Shown here piece after piece: positions 26,841-39,524 of a DNA stretch of 64,000 nucleotides (position 1 is its first letter; every line of letters begins with the position of its first letter). Below the pieces are notes generated by a model. The model was not told the origin of the DNA. It did not search any database and was given only the letters and a program-made list of their open reading frames with translations. The position numbers were made by a program, and so were the translations under genes. Origin of the DNA: Bugula neritina. Lineage: Eukaryota > Animalia > Bryozoa. The DNA lies in the NCBI GenBank assembly GCA_964035545.1, contig OZ037769.1:16212633-16276632 (forward strand), given 5' to 3'.

Positions 26841-29800
26841 ATGAAATACTGTCCAGTGGACCAAGATCTTTCCCATCCGTGGAGCAATGGCGGTTTGGCC
26901 CCGTGTTTTAACGACACTGTCGCTACAAGCATAGTGTTTGGTCTAACGGTGCTACTCAGTCTATGTCAGTTCTCTCTCTACTACAGACACTCTTCTAGGA
27001 ACGTCTCGCATCAGCTGAATCTTAGGAAAACAAAGCTATTTCTTCTGCATATTATAATTCACGTGTTGCTGATAGTGCTACCAGTAGCTACTCTATTTAG
27101 TTATGTATATTACGTGCAGAGTGGAGCTGTATTTATCTATCAGATACTCACATCACTATTTGAAGGCAAGTGTTATAAATTGGTACCAGCAATTTTGCAA
27201 AATCGATTACCCAAGATTTTTTGTATATAAATAGCTATAGAAACAATTGCATTGTCTTTTGTTTGAGCACCTTTCTTTGTTTTTTTTTTGTATTTTATCC
27301 CATGTTCTAATTTCTAACCCTTAGTCGTAAGATATTTGAATGTCAAGGACATTTGTAGTTGCGTCATGGACCTTAGCCTTAGTTCTCGTGATATTAGAGC
27401 GGAGAAGGCTGCTCCCGGTCACCCCCGGTCGAGCACACGGTCCAGCCCTGCTAATCATTTGGATCTTCAGCTTCATTGTGGCCAATATGCCTTTCATTAG
27501 CTGGTGGGGAAAGGAGTGGTGGTGGAGATTAGAAAGGTAACATACGTCATTACCTCATGCACAGAGTGCTGCTTGTATACTCAGCCTCTGCAGCTGAACC
27601 CTTCCTTGTAGGCGTTAACTGAAAAATAAATAACCATCGCCTTCCAGTCACCATAATGTCTATGTTTTATTATACTAAAGCTGAGAGGTATGTTTTGGCT
27701 TTTTGAACTTTTGCCTTGATTTATCATTGAAGTTACGGCAGATATGTTAACCATATTGTAGTAAAGAAGATGCTGTTAGGTTCGCTCTTTGGCTGCTGAA
27801 GTACGTTTTCTCTTTCCTCGCCTTTATTATTGGTCTCTGTGTGGCTCCTGCTCTGGCGAATACAGCGCCTGATGCCTACAACAATATCAACGATGCCGAG
27901 GCGGGGCGTGCTGTAAGTGTTCCCTATCAACACCCTTCTAGCAGAGCATAACTCTCTACTAATACAGGACTAATACAGGCTAACTCTTTTTACTAGATAT
28001 AGTACTTTAGGTGGTTAGCATAGCTAAAAGAATATATCTGCTAGTTTAAATTACCATGTATCATAATTAAGAATATTTTACAACTTTAATATAAAATAAC
28101 GCAAATCTGTGACTTTCAACGGATCAATCAACTGCTGGCTAAGTAAATTGTAGAGAGGTAATAAAAGTAATACTAGTTATGATGTAATACTAGTTATGAT
28201 GTAATAGTAGTTGTGATGTAATACTAGTTATGATGTAATACTAGTTATGATGTAATAGTAGTTGTGATGTAATACTAGTTATGATGTAATACTAGTTATT
28301 ATGTAATACTAGTTATGATGTAACACTAGTTGTGATTTAATACTAGTTATTATGTAATACTAGTTATGATGTAATACTAGTTATGATGTAATACTAGTTA
28401 TGATGTAATACTAGTTATGATGTAACAGGGTGTCATCGGCTCTGCTAGTGGCTCAACGTGGAAGGGGTTCTTCGGTAAAGTGAAGACCATTGCTCCTCTG
28501 GTATGGCCGAAGGGTAACTTCTGGCTGCAGCTTTGTGTCATCCTCTGTGCTCTGATTCTAGTGGCTGGGAGAGTGTGCAATCTGTATATACCTATCTACT
28601 ATAAGTACATTAGTAAGTATTCTATCTACTATAAGTACATTAGTAAGTGTTCTATCTACTATAAGTACATTAGTAAGTATTCTATCTACTATAAGTACAT
28701 TAGTAAGTGTTCTATCTACTATACGTACATTAGTAAGTATTCTATCTACTATAAGTACATTAGTAAGTATTCTATCTACTAAAAGTACATTAGTAAGTGT
28801 CTACTGTTTAATTATGTGAGAATGCTACAAATCTAAAATATTCTGACAGTTTCTATTTGGTTAATAGCCAAAATCTTCAGTTTTTATTCCTTAATTTTGC
28901 AATAAATTCCAAACAAGTTGCAATGACTTTATTTATAGACAATTATACTAAAGCCAAACCAATGGTCCCGTGAATATTCTCAACTAATAAAATGCCAAAT
29001 CACCTGATCAAATTAGATTCTACATATTTCCTCTTAGCCTGCTTGACCTCCACTTCATATTTATTAACTGGAGTCGTGGCCGTAGAGCTCTCTTCTCAGT
29101 TGGGACACATTCATCAAAAGGACTACTTCTGTTAAAAAATTAAGGCTAATTATTTTTTTCAAAACCTTTACCAGGTTAATAGTATAATAGAATCCTGTGA
29201 CATGGAAAGCTGTGGTGTATGATATTTATGTATATGCATTATGTAATCAAAGAATTTATCTTGTAAAAAGCAGCATGGATTAAATTTTGCAAATTTAAAA
29301 AAGTTTGATCAGCTACATTTACGGCTAGTTGCTCAGTGTTTTCTCCCCAAGGCAAGCTGATGTCAAGGGAAGATAACTCATTTTACTTTTCGCAGTTGAC
29401 GACGTTCAGAGCCGGTTCTGCTGGGATCTGATATTAGTCTGGGTGTTCCTACGGTTCCTGCAAGGAGGCGGGTCGGGTGGTGCCGGCTTCCTCTCCAACA
29501 TGAGAACCTTCCTGTGGATCCGAGTCCAGCAGTTCACCACCAGACAGGCTGAGCTGAAACTCTTTGCCCATCTCCATCGGTGAGTCTCGTTTTAGTGGCT
29601 GTAAACAAGTCCTGGAGTTAGTAGTTGTCTCCCTTTACACTTGTTTATCTTCCAGCAACTCTTCAATGCGTCAGTAGTTAATGTGTTTATAATGGCACTT
29701 ACCATTTCTGTCATTCAACTCTCCTTGGTAACTTAGGAATCACGCACTGGTTGTTAGCAGCGCTGGTAGAAATGGTGTTTTGTTGTTGGTTTAAATTCCA

Positions 29801-32800
29801 CCAGAAGCTTCGTAATGTCAGAAAAGATTTTTCAATTCGTACTCTGCTAGCATCGAAGCCATGTTGCTAGCGTGTTTAAGTGTATAGTTCATAGCCACCT
29901 TACACACACCCTCATCTTGTGATATTTGCTGTATCCTAAGGCTATCACTGAGATGGCATCTGTCTAAGAAGACGGGAGAAGTGCTGAAAGTAATGGACAG
30001 GGGAACTACTAGCGTTAACAATGTTCTCAGGTAGCGTCTGCTTTTACACTCTCATAGCAGTGAACAATCCACTCAATACAACTCTAACTCTTCTAAGTTA
30101 ACTTATCAGTGGTGTATTAGTATCACCTTGTAATGGTGAATGAGGATTTTTTAAATTCTGCAAGACATTTGACCAGGACAATGCTATTGAGTACATTTAT
30201 GATGTTATTTACTTGTGTACTATAAGCTTGCTATTACTATATTTATAATGTCATATACTTGTGTACTATAAGCTTGCTATTACTATATTTATAATGTCAT
30301 ATACTTGTGTACTATAAGCTTGCTATTACTATATTTATAATGTCATTTACTTGTAGCTACATGATGTTCAACCTTCTACCTACTATAGCTGACATAGTCA
30401 TAGCTATTGTGTACTTCATCTCAGCTTTTGACATTTACTTTGGACTTATAGTCTTTGGTACCATGTTACTATACCTCAGTGAGTATATATATAGTCTTTG
30501 GTACTATGTTATTATACCTCAGTGAGTATATATAATATAGTCTTTGGTACTATTTATCCTATATAGTTGCTGCTCTAAAACTTTATCTGAATAAGTATGT
30601 TTACATTCCTGCTTAACAATTCAACTGGTTCCTATGGTTAGGAAGGAAACTGTAAGACACAATCTTGATTGTTTACTATAATTCATAACATCTTTTTCTG
30701 GTTTCTATTATATTAGTCTTGGATAATTGGTTGGTTTTTCTTCTCTGCCATCACCCACCTTTCTCTCCCATTACATCATCATCCTTCTGCATTACCTCAT
30801 CATTTTCTGTATTACCTCATTTTTCTGTATTACCTCATCCTTCTGTGTTACATCATCTTGCTGTATTACAATCCTCTGTTAATGTCATTAGTCGGTACAA
30901 TCTTGGTAACCGAGTGGAGGACCAAGTACCGCCGGGCCATGAATCTTCTAGACAATGAGCTGAACTCCAAGGCCGTTGACTCTCTCATCAACTTTGAAAC
31001 AGTCAAATACTATGGCAATTCCGACTTTGAGGTGGACAGATTTGATAAAGCAATCCTAAAGTTTCAGGTATGTTTACTTTCTTTACGTTTACATACCTTG
31101 TTCTAGCTGTCAAGTACTTTACACACCTGAGTCTAGCTGTCAAGTACTGTACACACCTGATTCTAGCTGTCAAGTACTATACATAGCTGTACATATACTG
31201 TGGTGAAGGTATAATTTCATGCGAAATGCTGCACTAGAAGTTTTGTTCACACCACAAACAAATGGTTCAAAATTTATGAACTCATGCATGAACTCAACAT
31301 TTGTCCATCGATGAAAACAGTTTTGATATTTGAGTTCTGAAAATCTAGCTTGATTTTGTAAAGAATTTTTTTCTTGTTATCAATTCTATTGTTATTTTCA
31401 TATATTGTGTGGCCCACGGTGTAGCTGCTATTTGGTGAAGTTATTATAGCCTATTGAGAAATACTCATCTTATTGCAGGCAGCAGAGTGGAAGAGTACAG
31501 CATCATTAAACATTCTGTCTCTTGTCCAGAATACAATTATTACAGGCGGCCTGATTGGAGGATCACTACTCTGTGCTCTGTGAGTTGTTCTCTCTTGCTC
31601 TTTAAGATGCTGGGAGTTGTTTTTTCTTTTTCTCTTTTAGAGTTGTTCTCTCTTTCTTTCTCTGTGAGACACTGAGAGTTATTCTCTCTTTCTCTATGAG
31701 ACACTGAGGGTTATTCTCTCTTTCTCTGTGAGACACTGAGAGTTATTCTCTCTTTCTCTGTGAGGCACTGAGAGTTATTCTCTCTTTCTCTGTGAGACAC
31801 TGAGAGTTATTTTCTCTTTCTCTGTGAGACACTGAGAGTTATTCCCTCTTTCTCTGCGAGACACTGAGAGTTATTCTCTCTTTCTTTCTCTGTAAGACAC
31901 TGATAGTTATTCTCTCTTTCTTTCTCTGTAAGACACTGAGAGTTATTCTCTCTTTCTCTGTGATACACTGATAGTTATTCTCTCTTTCTTTCTCTGTAAG
32001 ACACTGATAGTTATTCTCTCTTTCTCTGTAAGACACTGAGAGTTATTCTCTCTTTATTTCTCTGTAAGACACTGATAGTTATTCTCTCTCTCTTTCTCTG
32101 TAAGACACTGAGAGTTATTCTCTCTTTCTCTGTGAGACACTGAGAGTTATTCTCTCTTTCTCTGTGAGACACTGAGAGTTATTCTCTCTTTCTTTCTCTG
32201 TGAGACACTGAGAGTTATTCTCTCTTTCTCTGTGAGACACTGAGAGTTATTCTCTCTTTCTCTGTGAGACACTGAGAGTTATTCTCTCTTTCTCTGTGAG
32301 ACACTGAGAGTTATTCTCTCTTTCTCTGTAAGACACTGATAGTTATTCTCTCTTTCTCTGTGAGACACTGAGAGTTATTCTCTCTTTCTCTGTAAGACAC
32401 TGAGAGTTATTCTCTCTTTCTCTGTGAGACACTGAGAGTTATTCTCTCTTTCTCTGTGAGACACTGAGAGTTATCCTCTCTTTCTCTGTGAGACACTGAG
32501 AGTTATTCTCTCTTTCTTTCTCTGTGAGACACTAAGAGTTATTCTCCCTTTCTCTGTGAGACACTAAGAGTTATTCTCCCTTTCTCTGTGAGACACTGAG
32601 AGTTATTCTCTCTTTCTTTCTCTGTGAGACACTGAGAGTTATTCTCTCTTTCTCTGTAAGACACTGAGAGTTATTCTCTCTTTCTCTGTGAGACACTGAG
32701 AGTTATTCTCTCTTTCTCTGTGAGACACTCAGAGTTATTTTCCCTTTCTCTGTGAGACACTAAGAGTTATTCTCTCTCTATCTCTTTGGGTGTTCATAGT

Positions 32801-35800
32801 TTTTGATTTCAGTAAGAGCAGAGAGATATTTAAAAAAAATGTAATTGTAAATTCAAGTTGAAAATTGTTTGAGCTAAAAAATCGTGAAGTTTAGGACTAG
32901 AAAAAACTTTAATAAAATGCTCATAGTTTTGAGTTTGATAATAAATTAGGAGTTGTTTGTGCTTTTTACACGGAGTTGCATTCCCTTCATAGGTACATCC
33001 AAGATGGCAACTACATACAGCACAGGACGGTTACAGTGGGAGATTTCGTTCTGTTCTGTACTTACCTGGTGCAGTTGTACGGCCCACTCAACTTCTTCGG
33101 TACTTACTACAGGTAAGTTGTTAGTCACGTGTACTTACTAAAGGTAAGTTGTTAGTCACGTGTACTTACTAAAGGTAAGTTGTTAGTCACGTGTACTTAC
33201 TAAAGGTAAGTTGTTAGTCACGTGTACTTACTAAAGGTAAGTTGTTAGTCATATATACATTCTACAGGTAAGTTGTTAGTCATATGTACATACTACAGGT
33301 AGGTTATTAGTCACAGGTACATACTACAGGTAGGTTGTTAGTCATATGTACATACTACAGGTAGGTTGTTAGTCACATATAATTGTAGCTAGAGCCCTGC
33401 TAGTAATGGTTATCCAATACTTAGTTTTATGTTCTGTATTCTATAGTTTATAATATCATCTGCCTTTGTCCACTAAGTCTAACAATGTTTACACAAGTCT
33501 GTGTAGGGACAAATCTTCAGTTTTGGCAATTTTGCAGAGTTTTAAGTTTCTTCTGCTATAACTGGAATTTTCTAGAATATACTGGAAGCTTGTATATATG
33601 ATTCACAGTTGCTAGACATTCATTATAATCTGCACTAAAACTCCTAATGTTATTACATGTGTGCTATGTATTCATATTGATCTTTAAACTGGTATTGTTT
33701 ATTAGGATGATGCAGACGGCGTTTGTGAACATGGAGAACATGTTTGAGTTGCTGGAGGTGGCGCAAGAGGTCAAGGATGTTGACGACGCACCGGCTATCG
33801 ATATCGCTCATGGAGCTATCGAGTTCAGAGACGTTCACTTCCAGTACGAGGACGAGTAAGTGCACAGGATACAAGATGGCCGCTCGAGTAGCAACTCTGA
33901 CTAATCTGTTATTTCATTGTACTTCATTTGCAATATTCATAGATTCTGCATCCAGCTACTTGATCATCAACTCGACAACTTAACTAACTCATGATTCGAT
34001 AACCTCATGCCTTAAGCTCACAATAACAACTAATATTTTATATTAATTATAAGTACAATATATATTATTTTATTGATTATTGATACTAATTAATTTGCTT
34101 GGAAATAATATATTTTAATTGGCTGGTTAAACATCACACGTTTAATAAGATTTCTTCTTTCTCTTTGATATGTTTCAACTTTGATGTGTTTTTTTGTGTT
34201 TTAGGAAGCCAGTGCTGAATGGCATCAGCTTCAAGGTGCCCGCAGGTGAAACTTATGCCCTCGTAGGTACAAGTGGAGCTGGAAAGAGCTCCATTATCAG
34301 ACTATTATTTAGATTCTATGACATCCAGCAGGGAGAGATTCTGATAGATGGTCAGAACATTGCAATGGTACGTCTAGTGATTTATACGTGTCAATGTGAA
34401 TATGCTAATACGTCTAGTGATAGTCTTAATTATTATTGAATTGTTATAAAAAGGTAATTTAGCTCTTATATAACTAATAGTATGTATTTATTTTGAGTGA
34501 GTTTTTAAATAATATGCTTACTTTGCTAGGGTACACACTTAATCTTATAGTGGAGCATTTTAGTGTCGCTGTTTGCAGGTGACAAAAGTAATAGTATCGG
34601 GTAACACATGATTACATCACTGTAGCTTTGTTATTGTTAGGTAACACATGAATGCATCACTGTAGCTTTGTCGTTGTCAGGTAACGCAGGGATCACTCAG
34701 GAAAGGCGTGGGTATTGTACCTCAAGATACCGTGCTCTTCAACACTGACGTCAAATATAACATAGCTTATGGCAACACATTGGCTGGTGATGAAGACATC
34801 TTTGCAGCCGCAGACGCTGCTGATATTCATCGTAGGATTGAATCGTTTCCCTCAGGTACGAGTCATAGTACTCAGGTATGAGTCATGGTACTCAGGTATG
34901 AGTCACTGTACTCGGGTATGAGTCATAGTACTCAGGTATGAGTCATTGCACTGATCTGTTGGAAGGTATTGCTGGTTATCAACTTAGCCTGAATGTCATT
35001 ATTTTGTTGGAGTTATGCATGTTATTAATTTTTAGCTCAAACTGGTTGTTTAATATTTTTTAGCTCAACATTGTTGCTGGGAGGCAAATAAATGTGTTTT
35101 TTGCTGTAACTGTATAGAAAAGCTATATTGCTATTTCCTGCGTTCATTTTGTATCCGACTATTTTCTAACTAAATAAATCAAGCGGGTTGCTATTCTTAG
35201 ATCCAGCTGTTACCCAAGTGTATAAAGGTCTGGGCTGGAATCACATGACCTTGACATAATAGTACGAAATGGCCTTGCGGATGTCAACGCTGTGCATGGG
35301 TTTAGGTTTAAACACAGCATGTTATTACTTGCTTTAAACTTAGGAATGCCGGAATTTGCGATACTTTTTCTTGAACTCATTGTGATTGACTCACAGGGTA
35401 TGACACGGTGGTTGGAGAGAGAGGTCTAAAGTTGAGTGGAGGAGAGAAGCAGAGAGTGGCTATTGCACGAACTCTGCTCAAAAACCCTCGAATCATCTTA
35501 TTGGATGAGGTTAGAGCAATCAACCTATCACAAACTGTGTTACTTTAATAATTATACTCCTTGATGAGGTAATATTATAGATTGAGTTTATATACCAGAA
35601 AGATGAGTCATGAAGCTGAGTTAGTGGTGCAGGCTGACGTTAGGTAATACATCCAGTCAGCGTGTTTACTGTGCTGAGTCATGTTGTCAGCCATGTTGGA
35701 ATCTTGACTACAAACTGCTCTTCTACTATTTGTACAGCTGAATAATTTCTGAAGAAACATAAAAGTGTTGGCTCAGTTGGTATTATTTTATTTTTCATTA

Positions 35801-36963
35801 AAAAGTATTTTAAAATAACGTCAATGCAGGCATCACTTTTGGGCATTGTAAGTTTTTTTAGTAGACTTGGGAGAAATGTTGGGTTTACTCATTTTTTGAC
35901 TTCAATGTTTTATTAAAAAATAATTTAAGGTTGTTGAAATTACTCTTGTAAAAGCAGACTACCCGGCTGGGAAGATGTAAAGATAAACATGGCTTGTAAT
36001 TATTTATTACTTGGAATTTTCATTGCTCATCTGCTCTAGATACTAAATAGGTTAGAATAATCAGCCTATCACAAACTTTGTTACTTTGATGATTGAATAT
36101 TCTGTTTTACATAGAACTCCTTTACCTTTCCATTACTCATCTGTAGGCCACGTCTGCACTAGACACTCACACGGAAAGAAATATCCTCAGATCTTTTGAG
36201 AAAATTTGTGCCAACAGAACGACTTTAGTTGTGGCTCACAGGCTATCCACTATAATACACGCCCACCAAATCTTAGTCTTAGATCAAGGAGTGATTAAAG
36301 AGAGGGGCACGTATGTATTTTACTCACAATTACTACTTGTTGTATGCAGACAACGTCAGTTTATCTTACAGGCTATAAAATGCTCACTCAGTAAATAAAT
36401 ACAGTTGTATGCTTATTTAATAAAACAGCACAAAGCATGTGATATTATCACTATAGTCAGCGTGTCATGTGGTATATAGTCAGCGTGTCATGTGATATAA
36501 AGTCAGCGTGTCATGTGATATATAGTCAGCATGTCATGTGATATATAGTCAGCGTGTCATGTGATATATAGTCAGCGTGTCATGTGATATATAGTCAGCG
36601 TGCCATGTGATATACAGTCAGCGTGTCATGTGCTATATAGTCAGCGTGTCATGTGATATATAGTCAGCGTGCCATGTGATATATAGTCAGCGTGTCATGT
36701 GATATATAGTCAGCGTGTCATGTGATATATAGTCAGCGTGTCATGTGATATACAGTCAGCATGTCATGTGATGTAGTCAGCGTGTCATGTGATATATAGT
36801 CAGCGTGTCATGTGGTTATAGTCACGAGGAGCTGCTGACATCTGGTGGAATATATTACACCATGTGGACGGAGCAGCAGAAGAGACGAGACATCCAATCA
36901 GAAAGTGACTCTGGAGCAGACGAGCCGACATCAGTTGATACTCAGTCCAGTACTGACTCATAG
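26841..36963 (+). CDS. ABCB6: ABCB6 / HMT-1 ABC half-transporter, full length with TMD0
   Basis: 16 in-frame exons: 26841-27165, 27359-27536, 27762-27912, 28429-28612, 29396-29579, 29941-30030, 30357-30478, 30892-31067, 31479-31579, 32993-33112, 33706-33855, 34205-34367, 34681-34855, 35397-35509, 36147-36310, 36822-36963. TMD0 start MKYC...W..GGLAPCF; LQGGG; LSLRWHL.KKTGEVL..MDRG; [14 protein letters not shown]; Walker A GTSGAGKS; VPQDTVLFN; signature LSGGEKQR; Walker B/D-loop LLDEATSALD; VAHRLST. Confidence 0.95.
28168..28425. repeat. 17-bp tandem repeat abutting the acceptor of ABCB6 exon 4
   Basis: atactagttatgatgta, about 15 copies, ending at ...tgtaacag|. Confidence 0.92.
28593..28800 (+). 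repeat. 30-bp tandem repeat containing the exon 4 end and donor
   Basis: ctatctactataagtacatta|gtaagtrtt, 7 copies. Confidence 0.93.
31600..32780. repeat. ~30-bp minisatellite starting at the exon 9 donor
   Basis: tctctgtgagacactgagagttattctctctt; resembles the junction gctct|gtgagttgttctctc. Confidence 0.93.
33101..33375 (+). repeat. 31-bp tandem repeat containing the exon 10 end and donor
   Basis: tacttactacag|gtaagttgttagtcacgtg, about 9 copies. Confidence 0.92.
34590..34945 (+). repeat. Junction repeats on both sides of exon 13: a 40-bp unit with the acceptor (34590-34690) and a 20-bp unit with the donor (34851-34945)
   Basis: ...ctttgtcgttgtcag|gtaac and ctcag|gtatgagtcatagta are each repeated. 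Confidence 0.85.
36453..36825 (+). repeat. 23-bp tandem repeat containing the acceptor of the last ABCB6 exon
   Basis: atag|tcagcgtgtcatgtgatat, about 16 copies; the last copy holds the real acceptor atag|tcacgag. Confidence 0.92.
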
Positions 36964-39524
36964 TCACTCGCCTTTATTAGGAGTAATAGTAGTAGTGACG
37001 CATAGTCACTCATTTTATTAGTAGTATTAGCGGTAGTGACTGACTCATAGTTGCCAGTAATTACTTCTAATAGTAGTTACTCATTTATGGTGACCCGTAG
37101 CGGTCAGTTATCATTATGAACCCATTTTTAGATAATCGGTATTTAGTTAAATCTATAAATCAAATTAGTTTTCTGGTTAGAGAATTTGGGCTACTATGAC
37201 AATACCCAACTGTGAAGTAGGTAATTATTTGCAAAATCTTAAGTTTGGGCTGCTTTGGTCTGAATTTTTTTAAATGCATTTCAGAAAATCTCTTCATTAT
37301 CTTCTACAGAACGTGAAACTGGTGAGAGCTACTTGTTTTTGGCTCTCCTATTCTCTGCTTTATAATTTCAATCATTGATACAGCTTTAACGTTTTACTCT
37401 ATTTCAAGTTATGAAGCAACATATGAGCTTTTCATAATGATCGGTTGTGCTATTAACTTTAGTAGGATGTTGGATTACATTGTGTATTTCTATTGGATAT
37501 TGAATTGCATTCAGTATTTCTATTGGTTGTTTGGTTTTATTTGCTCAATGGTTTATTTACTTTTCTCTGTGTAAGTTAACCATTCCTATATTTTTCTATA
37601 CTGTTAGTTTATATTTTCAACTCATATGCTATTGGATTGTTTTTTCTAGTCTGCATATGGTATTCTGTCACCATCATAATTAGTGTTTAACACTAATCAT
37701 CTATAATTGAGATTCGTTTGAATAAACTCTGCTGTCAGAGTGGCTTTATGCATAGAATAGTTTTCCAGCATTGGTTGTAGACTGGTCAGCTGGAAATACT
37801 ATCAGTGTAAGTGCAGACGGGATGTTTTAATGTTTATTGCCGATGTCTCTTTGTGGTGCCACCACTGGGCCGGTTTAGTGCATAGCTAAGTTTTTTGCTT
37901 AGCCTTGATTTATAACTTGGAATATTATTTCATAGGGAGACAACTTTTCAAGCTACTAAGCTGTGCTATTTGAAAAAGTGCAACAGCTTAGCTGCTGTGT
38001 ATTGTCTAACAGTACAAGGAAGTTATCTTGCAATTGAGATAAGTTATTCAGCATTACAATCTCCATTTATGACACAGCAATAAACTAATGTGCTCGTGAT
38101 TAGTTGGGAGGTTTGAAGTTGACTGAACTACTGGTCATGGACAAGAGCCAAAACTAAAGTGTTGAAATTTGTTTCAAAAATTCCTCACTTAATACAGATG
38201 TATCATTTGTTCAAAGTGTATATATAAATGACAAAGGACTGCATGCAGTAATTGAGATAGACCTGAATGTGATGATATAGTATAGTGCTAGCGGCCTTTG
38301 TAGCATATAATATGTTTATACAATAAATGTACAAAAATTATGCAATTACCTAATAACTCTTTAGAAAATATTCTTATTCTGTGCTAGCAATCATGTTATA
38401 CTAGTAGACTTTTTTTAAAGTTTGAGCCTTATTTATATGCTCAATGTATTGTCTACCATGACTATTGGTTTTAGGCTTTTACTTGTGCCAATCATACTTG
38501 ATGCAGCACAGCCCACATCAGTTTTGCAATCTTGTGAAGACACACTACATTGCTCGATATTTTACTCATTATATTATGTTGCAAATTGCAATAAGCTGTA
38601 ACCTCAAATAAATTTCCTTACGAAGTGGTTGACTAATTGGCCACTGGAATGTCGGTTTTGATTGGCAATTGCTCAAAAATATAATATCTTTCTATTGGTA
38701 ATGGTTCTTTGGTTGTATGTTTGGCCAATATTTGTGCTGCCAACCGCAGTGTCACGCTTGCTTTGTTGTTTTTTTATTTGTAAATGGTAAATGGACCGGC
38801 GGCCATGTTACTGCAATAACATCATCACGAGTCTTTCGAACATGGTTGTGGCAAGTTCAAAAGTTCAACACCTTTTCACAACTGGGGAAATAGTATTACG
38901 ACACGCGCAAGAGCGTGTTTCCACGAGTCAAGCTATTGTAAATTAATTCGGCAGAAATCAATTTTTTAGCGTTGTCATTTTCAATTGGCTGAATAATACT
39001 CTTTGCTGTAACCCATGTAAGCACTTTTCAAAAGACTGTTTCTAAACAGTTTCAAAAACCAACGACAAAGTCAAGATGAAATAGGACTCATGTGTTTTAG
39101 CCGATGGTGTTAAAATTAGGTTAACATTTAACAACATTCAGATTTTGCACCACAAAAGCTATTCATATTTTCTTATCATATTTTCCAAACTAAATTGCAG
39201 AGAGTTTATTTGAAATATTATTATATTTTATTGAAGTTTTGATTCAGTGATTCTAACCTTACGGTCATACGACTATTCGTTATTTTGCGGTACTGGTCGC
39301 TTAGAGGCGTCACAACAATCCTCACGCACTAAGCAAATTAGCGTGGAGAACTGCGGCCACACCTGCAATCTGGCCAATAATATTCGTGAGTTGCATTGAA
39401 CGCTTCAGTGAGCACCATTATAATTGCTGCGCTTGGTGATCACATGTGTTATTGTATTCAAGTCTGCCAGTTCTGCCGAACGATTGCTGCCTTCTCTTTG
39501 TGTTGCTTTTAACGGTACTTAATA

